This document shows positions 1 through 10,885 of a stretch of 64,000 nt of DNA, piece by piece (positions within the stretch are counted from its first letter, which is position 1; every line of letters begins with the position of its first letter). A model generated the notes under the pieces. The model worked only from the letters and a program-made list of their open reading frames with translations. It ran no database searches and was not told the origin of the DNA. The translations under genes and the position numbers were made by a program. Source of the stretch: Octopus sinensis (lineage: Eukaryota); contig NC_043002.1 in assembly GCF_006345805.1 (NCBI RefSeq), positions 21,576,001 to 21,640,000 on the forward strand, read 5' to 3'.

Positions 1-13
1 GCTCTTCTACAAG

Positions 14-48
<35 letters not shown>

Positions 49-54
49 CGCTCA

Positions 55-400
55 CACAGGGTACACTTGTGTGTGGAGTACTCAGTCACTTGTATGTTAA
101 TTTTATGAGTAGGCTGTTCTTATTTCTTTATTGCCCACAAGGGGACAAACAAGGACAGACAAAGGGATTAAGTTGATTACATTGACCCCCAGTGCGTAAC
201 TGGTACTTAATTTATCGACCCCGAAAGGATGAAAGGCAAAGTTGACCTCGGTGGAATTTGAACTCAGAACGTAAGGACAGACGAAATACCACTAAGCATT
301 TCGCCTGGTATGCTAACGTTTCTGCCAGCTCGCCACCTTATGAGTAGGCTGTTCTGTTGATCAGATTGACTGGAGCTTTTGTCACTTTAACTGATGTCTG
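55..400 (+). mobile_element. SINE family S3 (tRNA/CORE-type) 3' part, interrupted by an S1 SINE
   Basis: GTGGAGTACTCAGTCACTTGTATGTTAATTT...GGCTGTTCTGTTGATCAGA matches copies at 1020-1345 and 13830-14110. Confidence 0.7.
121..337 (-). mobile_element. tRNA-derived SINE family S1 (resembles octopus OK family; name from recall)
   Basis: Head GGTGGCGAGCTGGCAGAAACGTTAGC, B-box GAGTTCAAATTCC, body CCTTTCATCCTTTCGGGGTCGATAAA; 18-bp TSD TTATGAGTAGGCTGTTCT at 103-120 and 338-355. Confidence 0.92.
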
Positions 401-739
401 TGCATCTGTAAGAAACCACTCTGCCACCCTTGTACATCATTCACCTCTAGCCCCATCTCTAACTATCAATTTCCTCACACACCCTTATAAATTTATCCTG
501 CCCCACTCTTTTCATTCCTCAGCCTGTATTTTCTCTTATACTGACTCTATTATATCTTGAGGGTATGCTCTGACTCTTCAATTCCAAGATCTTTGTCTCC
601 TTTCTAGCTACTCTTACCCACTCCTGTATTATGAAGAATAGCCATATCTCTTCTGTAGTAAAACATCTGTGCTCAATCCTCCATCATATTTTAGCATCTC
701 AACTCCTGGCACAGAGCTACCTCCTTCGTTGCTATAACC

Positions 740-960
740 TCTCTCATGTGAGGGGTCTTCATTTCCAAAGTTACTTTGCAATCATGTTATGTAAAATGCA
801 CCCAGTACATTCTGTAAAGTGGTTGGCACTAGCAAGGGCATTGAGCCATAGAAACTATGCCAAAGTGGATGCTGGAGTTCAATGCAGTTTTCTGGTTTGT
901 AAGATCTTGGCCAACTGTTCAAACCCATCAACCTATATCTGCTTGGAAGACAGACACACA
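740..960 (+). mobile_element. Old degenerate copy of the RTE 3' UTR
   Basis: GCACCCAGTACATTCTGTAAAGTGGTTGGCACTAGCAAGGGCATTGAGCCATAGAAAC resembles the RTE tail seen in younger copies. Confidence 0.5.
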
Positions 961-1019
961 CACACACACACACACTTGAATCCTGCCTCTTAGAATCTAC
1001 ATTCTTATATACATTAGGT

Positions 1020-1345
1020 AGCACTCTGTCGCTTACAATGACCAGGGTTCCAGTTGATCTGATCAGCAGAACAGCCTGCTTGTGAAATTAACATGCAAGT
1101 GGCTGAGCGCTCCACAGACATACGTACCCTAAGGTACATAGTTCTCAGGAAGATTCAGTGTGACACAGAATGTGACAAGACCAGCTCTTTGAATTACAGG
1201 TACTACTCATATTTGCCAGCTGAGGGGACTGGAGTCACATAAAATAAAGTGTCTTGCTCAAGAACACAATGCACCACTGGGAATTGAACTCGCAACCTTA
1301 CGATCATGAGTGAATATCCCTAACCACCAAGCCACGTGCCTTGTA
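1020..1345 (-). mobile_element. SINE family S3 (tRNA head, CORE-like domain), full length
   Basis: Minus strand GGCACGTGGCTTGGTGGTTAGGG (A-box), GAGTTCAATTCC (B-box), TTGAGCAAGACACTT; shared body with other copies. Confidence 0.85.
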
Positions 1346-1499
1346 TGAGTTAAGAAGCAGTTAAAAGACTAGGTTTTAAGAAAGTTATCTCATGTTAAAA
1401 GACTGCCTCTAAAGATTTCCATCTGGTCCAAACCATAGTTAATAGTTTCTAACCCCCTTACCTTGTGAGTGATTCTGGGTGAACAGAAACTGGGAGTCC

Positions 1500-1920
1500 A
1501 TTAAGGTGGCGAACTGGCAGAAACGTTAGCACTCCAGGCGAAATGCTTAGCGGTATTTCGTCTGCTGTTACGTTCTGAGTTCAAATTCTGCCAAGGTCGA
1601 CTTTTGCCTTTCGTCCTTTCGGGGTTGATAAATTAAGTACCAGTTACGCACTGGGGTCGATGTAATCGACTTAATCCCTTTGCTTGTCCTTGTTTGTCCT
1701 CTCTGTGTTTAGCCCCTTGTGGGTAGTAAAGAAATAGGTATTTCGTCTGTCTTTATGTTCTGAGTTCAAATTCCACCAAGGTCAACTTTGCCTTTCATCC
1801 TTTCGGGGTTGATAAATTAAATACCAGTTATTCACTGGGGTCGATATAATCGACTTAACCCATTTGTCTGTTCTTGTTTGTCCCCTCTGTTTTTGGCCCC
1901 TTGTGGGCAATAAAGAAATA
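1500..1920 (+). mobile_element. SINE S1 dimer (full unit plus head-less second unit from 1737)
   Basis: Two tandem bodies; one 15-bp TSD AGAAACTG(G/T)GAGTCC at 1485-1499 and 1921-1935 encloses both. Confidence 0.9.
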
Positions 1921-2264
1921 AGAAACTGTGAGTCCTTGAATGAATACCTTGTTTATAGAACCAGGCTTTTTTTTTTTTTTACTTTGGAAACTGTCTGGCT
2001 GATTTCACATTATATTAAGAGTACAAGTGTCTTTGGAATATTCAACCATTTAAACTGTTATATAATTAGTAAGCAGTTCAGTTGATCAAATAACTGGAAT
2101 AGTCTCAGTCAAAACTGACAGATAGCTATTTTCTTTGCTTTGTGTGTGTAGTTAGTATGTGCATGTACAAATAAACAAGTTGTCAGCTTGTCTAAGTAAA
2201 TTCAATGAACTTTTTAGCTTTCTGGAATGATTTTAATTTTGCAAAGAAGTTTTAAGTTCCAGCC

Positions 2265-2266
2265 TC

Positions 2267-2313
<47 letters not shown>

Positions 2314-3066
2314 ATCCTCTCTCTCTGTCTCTCATTCCTTCTCTCCCTATCTCTCTTTCCCTTTCTCTAACTCTTATTGACTCTCATTCCCATTCACTTT
2401 CTCTCTCTCTCATTCCCCCTTACTGTCTTTCTCTCATTTCCCCTCTCTCTCTCTCTCTCATTTTCTTTCTAATCCTTTCTCCCTTATTCCCTCTCTCTAA
2501 CTCCCTTCTCATTCCCTCTCTCTAACTCTCTCCCATCCTCTCTCTCTACCTCTCTCTCTTTCCTTCTCTCTCTCATTTCCCCCTCTTTCTAACTCACTCC
2601 CTCATTTCTTCCCTCTCTCTCTCTCTCCATTTCCCTCTCTCTACCTCTCTCTCTTTCCTTCTCTCTCTCATTTCCCCCTCTTTCTAACTCACTCTCTCAT
2701 TTCCTCGCTCTCTCTAACTCACTCTCTCATTTCTTCCCTCTCTCATTCCCTCTCTCTAATTCTCTCTCTCACATTCCCTCTCTCTCCCATTCCTTCTCTC
2801 TACCTCTCTCTCTTTCCTTCTCTCTAACTCTCTCTCTCATTTCCTCCCTCTCTCTAACTCCCTCTCTTAATTCTTCCCTCTCTCATTCCCTCTCTCTAAT
2901 TCTCTCTCTCCCATTCCCTCTCTCTCCCATTCCTTCTCTCTACCTCTCTCTCTTTCCTTCTCTCTAACTCTCTCTTTCATTTCCTCCCTCTCTCTAGCTC
3001 ATTCTCTCATTTCTTCCCTCTCTCATTCTCTCTCTCTCTAACTCTCTCCCTGTCTCTCTCTCTCTC
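2265..3066. repeat. Compound (CT)n polypyrimidine tract with internal longer-period duplications
   Basis: About 800 bp almost entirely C/T on the plus strand; blocks such as CATTCCCTCTCTCTAATTCTCTCTCTC recur. Confidence 0.95.
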
Positions 3067-3532
3067 TGAATCACAACATCTGACATCTTGTTTCAAGAGC
3101 TTTCTGCTTTAATAATTAATAATTTACCTGTACTATAAAGGAAGGTGTTCAGTGTACTGACTGACTGAAAGATGAAACTATCAACCCTGCCTGCCAATAG
3201 GTTTATTTTAATTCACTTCATCATCATCAGCAGCATCATCATCATTATCATCATCATCATCATTCAGTGACCACTTTTCCATGCCTGCAAGGGTTAGACA
3301 GAACCTGTTATTTGTTGTTATGGCAGGTTTTTTCCTGCTGGATTCCCTTCTCACCACCAACCCTTGTCTGTTCCCAGAAAAGGTGGTATTTCCCTATGAC
3401 CAGACATACTTAACATGGAAGACTAGAAATAATGAACAACCCCACTTGTATGATGGTGATGCTCATTTACAACCATCACATGATACCAGGACAAGAGTGT
3501 ACACCCACACACACACACATGCACACACATCA

Positions 3533-3975
3533 TCATCATCATCATCATCATCATCGTTTAACGTCTGCCTTCCATGCTAGCATGGGTTGGACGATTTTGA
3601 CTGAGGGCTGACAAACCAGATGGCTGCACCAGGCTCCAATCCTGATTTGGCAGAGTTTCTATAGCTGGATGCCCTTCCTAATGCCAACCACTCCGTGAGT
3701 GTAGTGGGTGCTTTTTATGTGCCACTGGCACTGGGGCCAGTCAGGCAGTACTGGCAACGACCTCGCTCGAATCTTTTTACACATGCCACCAGCTCAGGTG
3801 CTAGTAAGGCGACGTTGGTAACGATCATGCTCGAATGGTGCTTTTTAAGTGCCACTGGCACGGAAGCCGGTTAGCTGCTCTGTCAATGATCATGCTTGTA
3901 TAGTGCTCTTTGCACCTTGGTAGCATGGACGCCAGTCATCGAATTTGATTTTGATTTTGATTGATTTCACTTGCC
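3533..3975 (-). mobile_element. RTE LINE 3' UTR fragment with (GAT)n tail
   Basis: CATCATCGTTTAACGTCTGCCTTCCATGCTAGCATGGGTTGGACG...CTGGATGCCCTTCCTAATGCCAACC plus hairpin repeat units. Confidence 0.88.
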
Positions 3976-3989
3976 CCAACAGGTCTTTG

Positions 3990-4165
3990 CAAGCAGAGTT
4001 TTAGTATCTAACAGGCTTTTTTCAGATTCTGTCTACCAAATCTTTTCACAATGTTTTGGTTGACCTGGAGTTAGAATTGAAGACACTTGCCCAAGGTGCT
4101 GTAGTGATATTGAACCTGAGATGACATGGTTGAGAAGGAAACTTCTTAACCACACTACCATGTCT
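3990..4165 (-). mobile_element. Degenerate SINE S2 5' half
   Basis: GAAGACACTTGCCCAAGGTGC and TCTACCAAATC motifs shared with S2 copies. Confidence 0.65.
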
Positions 4166-4236
4166 GTACCTACACTTATACCTTATTAATGTAGACTCAA
4201 TTAATATCTCTTAATTTCTTCATTCACTCCTTACTG

Positions 4237-4352
4237 TACTTCATTTTTGTTGCAAGTATCTATGGAATACTCAGCCATTTAGTGGGGTCAGTCTATACTT
4301 CATTTTTGTTGGAAGTATCTATGGAATACTCAGCCATTTAGTGGGGTCAGTC
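4237..4352. repeat. 59-bp tandem duplication
   Basis: TACTTCATTTTTGTTG(C/G)AAGTATCTATGGAATACTCAGCCATTTAGTGGGGTCAGTC twice. Confidence 0.95.
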
Positions 4353-4893
4353 ATTTATGTTATCTGACCAATTTTTGTTTCTTTAGGAGAATATGACGAA
4401 GTGTGTTGTAGTGGAATTGGTACAACCAGTAGGGGGAGTCGTATATCAGTTGGAGTTAAGTGTCAGTTACATGTTACAGTCGAATTTGAGTCACAGTGAA
4501 GGTAGACAGTTCAAATTCAGTGTCTTGCAGAGCTATCAATGATAGTATGATAGATGAAGCAGTGTATTACCATTTTGGTATAGAAGAGATACACTGTATC
4601 TGATACCAAGAAAATGTCGTAGCAACTAGAGTAGATACAACTGCTACAGTCACAACAGCGGCCACACATTCTAACAATGGAAAACACCATGTTCATAACA
4701 AAGTGGTAGATCTATGTCTGCAATCTAGTCACCAATATTCTACTTCACTGTATCACTTTCGTAGCTGATCACATATAGAATCATGAGCTAATCTTTTGCT
4801 GATGTTTGTTTTGTCCCACAGAAGTGCATGAAAGGTGATGTCAAAGTTGACAGCATTAGAAATCTAAACATAAAGAGAGAATAACTAAATACC

Positions 4894-5376
4894 TATTTCT
4901 TTACTACCCAACTAGGGGCTAAACCCAGAGAAGACAAACAAGGACAGACAAATGGATTAAGTTGATTATATCGACCCCAGTGCGTAACTGGTACTTATTT
5001 TATCGACCCCGAAAGGATGAAAGGCAAAGTCGACCTTGGCAGAATTTGAACTCAGAATGTAAGAACAGACGAAATACCTATTTCTTTACTACTCACAAGG
5101 GGCTAAACACAGAGAGGACAAACAAGGACAGACAAACGGATTAAGTCGATTATATTGACCCCAGAGCGTAACTGGTACTTATTTAATTGACCTCGAAAGG
5201 ATGAAAGGCAAAATCGACTTTGGCGGAATTTGAACTCAGAACATAGCAGCAGGCGAAATACCGCTAAGTATTTCGCCCGGCGTGCTAACGTTTCTGCCAG
5301 CTCACTGCACCTGTGATAGACTGATGTTCTGACCAGGAGGAGTTTCATCACTCATCCCTTAATGTGGCGGAAACTA
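4894..5376 (-). mobile_element. SINE S1 dimer (4894-5308) plus 68-bp captured 5' extension (5309-5376)
   Basis: Two tandem bodies with junction at 5078/5079; 14-bp TSD AATAACTAAATACC at 4880-4893 and 5377-5390. Confidence 0.9.
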
Positions 5377-5449
5377 AATAACTAAATACCATCAAGCATT
5401 TTACCAAGTATGCTATCAATTTGGTTACCCCTGTACTATAGGTACAAGA

Positions 5450-6300
5450 CCTTAAATTTTAAGAGAGAGGAGCAGGTGAATACAGCCCTCTTCAAGTGGC
5501 CACAACTAAGATGTGTTTCACGACATCTCAGCAAGAATCTCTGTTCCTTCGTTAATTTTGGTTGTCTTTCAGTTTCCTGTTTGTCTCTACTAATAACATC
5601 AATGTAGGTGAATGGTCTTCATTCTCTATTAGAGGGCAGAAATCTACAAAGTATATCATTTGCTATGGCTTTTGGTCATCACAATAGCAGTGGCCAGCAA
5701 AATTTACTCTGTGTTGAATCACAATGATGTGTCTTGAAATCTTTTTTTAGTCTTGTGTTTATACCACGAAATGTTTTGAATTGTTAGTGTGTGTGCCATC
5801 AAGGTAATTTTGAAGCTTTTTCTTCATAGTTCAGGTTTCAGCTCCATATTGGAGAATGCTCTCAGCACATGCACCAAAGAAGGCCAACCTTATTAACTTT
5901 GAAATACTTGAATTTGAAACGATTTGAAGCTTGTTAAGCACACGCCTTACATGTTAAGAAGTCTGTTTTATTGCCAGCAACATAAGCTCACCATCAAGTA
6001 GAAGCAATCAAGACATCAATACAATTTGTATCTTTCTGATTTCGACCATCTGAGGATCTCATTCTCATACAAGACTTGTTAATAACCCTTAGGAATGTTG
6101 TGGTCAAGATCAATCTGTTTCTTAATGTAAAGAGGACTGGGTACTTGACCATCAATTAAGAGAAAAGCCATCTGATAATTTGTTCCAGTGATGGCATAAA
6201 ACTCAACAGTCTTGAAAACTTAATTGGTTCCTAGCTTTGTTGATATTTGAAGGCTGAGATTGGTGTTTATAATGTAAAGGAATGATATTGCATGTATGAT
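5450..6300 (-). pseudogene. Ancient degenerate RTE-clade LINE reverse-transcriptase C-terminal fragment
   Basis: Minus-strand translation gives AESILQYGAET and RVNFAGHC, matching RTE LLYGSETW and RLRFAGH motifs; many stops; boundaries approximate. Confidence 0.65.
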
Positions 6301-7084
6301 TCTGCCATCCACTGTTGTTATTGCTAAAAGCAATTATAAACAACGAAAATATTTTGGCAAATTAAATTTAAATGTTGAAATGAATCTAACGGTTTTTGTG
6401 TGTTTCTTAAATGGCTTATAAACACCTTCCACGCTGCAGTTGTTTTCGACCCAGCACACGATCTCAGACCAGGTCACTTGCTATGCAAGTACATCTCCGC
6501 AATTATATTAATTTCTTGCATTATCTCAAAGTTACACATTTATAAGAAAGTCATACACTGGGTTGAATCAATCCTTGTATATAACTGGTACTTTTTGCAA
6601 AATAAAAATTGGAGTTATTTAACCCCAGATAAGGCCATGATAGAGCATAATTATGATCAAAGACATTTCATCCATGACTGTCTTGTCTATTTTGTATATC
6701 AGTAATTACATTGTCTGATGTGTCCTTATTTAAGGCAAACAAATATGATTTGAAGGAGGTTTAGTTACTATTTCTAGCTGTTAAATTGTCACTGTAGAAG
6801 CTCCATCACTGATGTTTGTGGTGATATTTTTATTGGATTTAAAGTATATTGTTAAATCTAATCCTTTTCTAAATCACAATTATCTATAGATCTGATACAT
6901 GTTACTAGTTTCCACCACATTAAGGGATGAGTGATAAAACTCCCCCTGGTCAGAACATCAGTCTATCACAGGTAGTATTTCTCAGAATTGGAGCAACTTT
7001 TATCTTTTTTTTTATGACATTCTATATAGAGAAATAGTGTTGTCAACTAATGATTTATTATTTCCTGCATTGTGCAGTATTTCA

Positions 7085-7245
7085 GCTGTCTTTACATTCT
7101 GACTTCAAATTCCGCCAAGGTCGACTTTGCCTTTCATCCTTTCGGGGTCAATAAATTAATTACTAGTTGCATACTGTGGAGTTAATCTAATCGACTGGCC
7201 CCTCCCTCAAGATTTCGGACCTTGTACCTAGAGTAGAAAAGATTT
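7085..7245 (+). mobile_element. SINE S1, 5'-truncated, alternative tail
   Basis: TTCAAATTCCGCCAAGGTCGACTTTGCCTTTCATCCTTTCGGGGTCAATAAA. Confidence 0.8.
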
Positions 7246-7271
7246 TTTCCTGCATTGTATTATGTGTTCCT

Positions 7272-7482
7272 TAAGGCGGCAAGCTGGCAGAATCCTGAAC
7301 GTGTCCGGAAAATGCTTTACAGTATTTCTTCTCACTTTACTTTCTGGTTTCAAACTCTGCCAAGGTCATCGTTGCCATTGTCCTTTTGGATTCAATAAAT
7401 GCACCAGTTGAGCATTGGGGTTGATGTAATTGACCACACCTTTCCACAAAATTTCCGGCCTTGTGCTTCTAGTAGAAAGAAT
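7272..7482 (+). mobile_element. SINE S1, degenerate
   Basis: AAGGCGGCAAGCTGGCAGAATC head; GGGTTGATGTAATTGACC body. Confidence 0.7.
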
Positions 7483-7597
7483 TATAAATTTGTTCCACTA
7501 GCTCCCTGTTGTAAATGTCAATGTGTCGTTCTTGTATGTCTGATGTATCAGTTTGAATTTTAAACATTACTCCATTCATATTTACATTGAAATTTAT

Positions 7598-7830
7598 ATT
7601 CATCTCAATCGAAGGAGAGGAGCTTTCTCCGTCCAGGTTGCGGATCCGTGGAATAAGCTGCTGGACGAGATAGTGAAGATGCCGACGACCGCTCGGTTCA
7701 AAGTCTCTCTGGACCAGAAATGGCCTGAACTCTTTGCATGAACACCCTCCCTGTGCATAACTCCATGTCCTCCTACATGGCCTTGCTTTTTGAACCCAAA
7801 AATTAACTTAACTATGACATAGTTCATCTG
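7598..7830 (+). pseudogene. CR1-type LINE extreme 3' fragment
   Basis: RRRGAFSVQVADPWNKLLDEIVKMPTTARFKVSLD matches the CR1 C-terminal F-S-x-R-V-x-x-x-W-N-x-L...F-K-x-x-L-D motif. Confidence 0.75.
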
Positions 7831-8374
7831 ATGGCATATAACAATGCACTTTTCCCCCTTGGAAAATATCTCCAAAAGTCAGCTTAAGGTCTACATTCAA
7901 ACCTGGACCTGCTATAAGCTTTACTTATAAAATTATATTTTCCTGCTAAAACTGGGATGCTTCTAATATGCTCGTGCATTTTTCATGCCATCAAATATGG
8001 CTGTTCTGTGGCTTGCCAGTTTGTAGTTTCATGCTGATAAGGAAGGTTTTCGTTCTAGTGTTTTGCTTATATATCTTAACTTTGAGTTTGCAGTTAGGTG
8101 TAACATTTGTGCTTTTAAGAGATTTTTTTTTTAATGATTTAATTCATTGATTCTGTAACTAGCATGTTTTTGGTTCATGCAGTATACCATCCACATGGTT
8201 AGTGTGTACTTATCACCTGTTCTATCTCTGTGTGGGTGAATTTCTTTTCTTCTATTGTTTCTATAGCTCTGTCTACTAATCTATTTAGGCACCTATTATT
8301 AACTAATGTTTGTTTTAAGAATTTAAAAGCTCATCTAAGAAGACATTCCCCATCAACACACACACACACACACA

Positions 8375-8406
<32 letters not shown>

Positions 8407-8536
8407 TGCATGATCTACATTTTAAAATGTATTGAATATTTTATTGAATAGTACTCTTAATCATTTAAGATCTTCATCATCATCATCCTCATCATCATTG
8501 TCTCTTCCTCCCTTTCTCTCTCTCGTACATATACAA

Positions 8537-8585
<49 letters not shown>

Positions 8586-8718
8586 TATGCACGCGTGTGT
8601 GTATGCTTGAGTCTGTGCGTATAGAAAAATATTGACAAAGCATATCTTTTCTATAGATTCCTCTTTGCGCAAATGATCTGTTTCTGTTGTAATTTTCTTT
8701 TCCCTTTTCAGCTCTGGT

Positions 8719-8764
8719 TATTATTATCATTATTATTATTATCATTATTATTATCATTATTATT

Positions 8765-8814
<50 letters not shown>

Positions 8815-8850
8815 CATTATTGTTATTATTATTATTATCATCTTTATCAT
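8719..8850. repeat. (ATT/ATC)n microsatellite
   Basis: Direct reading. Confidence 0.95.
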
Positions 8851-9109
8851 CATCTGTAGTTGTAGCAGTGGTATCATCCTCATCAGTCTATTTCGGGGAG
8901 TGAGAAACAAAGATATTTTAGCAGCTTGATCAGTTCTCTATTTTCTTTACTTTGTCCCAATAATCTTTTTCTTTCGTCTCCCGTTTCTTCTTGTTTTTCA
9001 TAAACTCGTTTGCTTTTGCTTCCTTTAAAATATTTTTAGAGAATAATATTGATTTTATGTTGTTAGTTATGCCTTCCTTTGTTGGTTTCTTGTTCTTGCA
9101 GTTCTATTA

Positions 9110-9355
9110 ACATGTACATGTGCACATGTGTTTGTGTGCATATATATATATATATGCATGTGTACATTTATATGTATATATGTAGAAATATATATATATT
9201 TATATGCATGTATACATATATATGTATGTACGTAGAAATATTTATATACATTTATTTTATATATATGTGTATATATATATATATATATAATATATATATA
9301 TGCATGTATACATATATATGTATGTCCGTAGAAATATATATATATATTTATTTTA

Positions 9356-9392
<37 letters not shown>

Positions 9393-9487
9393 GTGTACAT
9401 ATATATATATATATATAATATATATATATATGCATGTATACATATATATGTATGTCCGTAGAAATATATATATATATATTTATTTTA

Positions 9488-9526
<39 letters not shown>

Positions 9527-9590
9527 GTGTACATATATATATATTTATTTTATATATATATATTATATATATATATATATATAAAACATA
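9110..9590. repeat. (TA)n-based compound microsatellite with a roughly 100-130 bp higher-order unit
   Basis: GCATGTATACATATATATGTATGT(A/C)CGTAGAAATAT recurs near 9206, 9302 and 9432. Confidence 0.9.
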
Positions 9591-10039
9591 CAAGTCTCTT
9601 TGAGAAGTTTCTCTGAGACAAAATATTATAGCTGGCACTGTTCTGTTTGTATACACATTAGAAACATTATACGCATGGTTATATATAAATATATAAATAA
9701 ATGTGTATGCGTGTAAATGCATATATATATGTGTATGTATGAGTGCATGCATGTATACTACTTTTGTTTATCAATGCATTCATCCATCCATCCATCTATC
9801 TCCCTGTTCAACTGGGTGGATGAATCAACAAAGAGAGTACCACTCAGTACACTTAGTTGCTGTGCTGTTGTGAGTATCTAATCACAGGCTGGTTTGACTC
9901 CTCATCACTTGGTTGGTTACTAGCAGCAAGACATGCCCATGCACCAAGACAGACACATATGAAGTGACTTCAATAGCTGAGGTTGTGGGTACATTCTGGG
10001 CTTACAAAACTTCTATGTGGAACTAATCAGCCTGTTATG

Positions 10040-10097
<58 letters not shown>

Positions 10098-10180
10098 ATT
10101 CACATATGTATTTATATATTCACTTATGTATATACGCATATGTATGTATACATACTCATACATGCACGCATATATATATA

Positions 10181-10436
10181 TATAATCAAAATAAGCAACA
10201 AGAATGACTCCGGTAATTTGGTACAACCGTTTCGTATTGGCTGATGAGTACTCAGCATCTTAAATCTGTTGTAATACTTACAAGATTTAATAAAATGATG
10301 TAGTATGAAACGATCGTACCCAATTACCGGAGTCATTCTTGTTGCTTATTTTGATTATAATCACCCCACGGATTTTTATGGATAACACCATACAAAATTC
10401 TGGTGCATCTAAATTAAGTACCATATTCATTTGAAT
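10181..10436 (+). mobile_element. Non-autonomous Penelope-like/retrozyme element, family A, with 56-bp 5' inverted arm
   Basis: 10181-10236 is the reverse complement of 10304-10358; contains a hammerhead; tail homologous to 15162-15277 (minus). Confidence 0.75.
10236..10324 (+). ncRNA. Type I hammerhead ribozyme motif, long stem II, predicted GUA cleavage after 10318
   Basis: AUUGG CUGAUGA GUACU-[49 nt]-AGUAU GAAA CGAUCGU A^ CCCAAU; palindromic stem III ACGAUCGU; stem I has a 1-nt bulge. Confidence 0.75.
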
Positions 10437-10486
10437 CTAATTTTTTGCTGAACTTATATATATATATATATACACACATAAAAAGT

Positions 10487-10885
10487 ACAGGAGTGGCTGT
10501 GTGGTAAGTAGCTTGCTAACCAACCACATGGTGCTGGGTTCAGTCCCACTGCGTGGCACCTCGGGCAAGTGTCTTCTACTATAGCTTCAGGCTGATCAAA
10601 GCCTTGTTTGTGGATTTGGTAGACAGAAACTGGAAGAAGCTTGTCATATATATATTTATGTATATATGTGTATATGTTTGTGCATCTGTGTTTGTCCCTC
10701 CACTATTGTTTGACAACCGATGTTGGTGTGTTTATGTCCCCATTACTTAGTGGCTCGGTGAAAGAGACCAATAGAATAAGTACTAGGCTTACAAAGAATA
10801 AGTCCTGGGGTCAGTTTGTTTGACTAAAGGCGGTGCTCGAGCATGGCCGCAGTCAAATGACTGAAACAAATAAAAGAATAAAGAA
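10487..10885 (+). mobile_element. SINE family S2 (tRNA head, CORE-like domain; resembles octopus OR-type)
   Basis: GGAGTGGCTGTGTGGTAAG A-box, GGTTCAGTCCC B-box, GGCAAGTGTCTT, internal microsatellite, tail GACTGAAACAAATAAAAG. Confidence 0.92.

Noticed and set aside
6400-6500. Minus-strand CTGAGAT...GAAAAC hammerhead-like spacing
   Set aside because: Core lacks G8/A9 and there is no convincing stem II or III.
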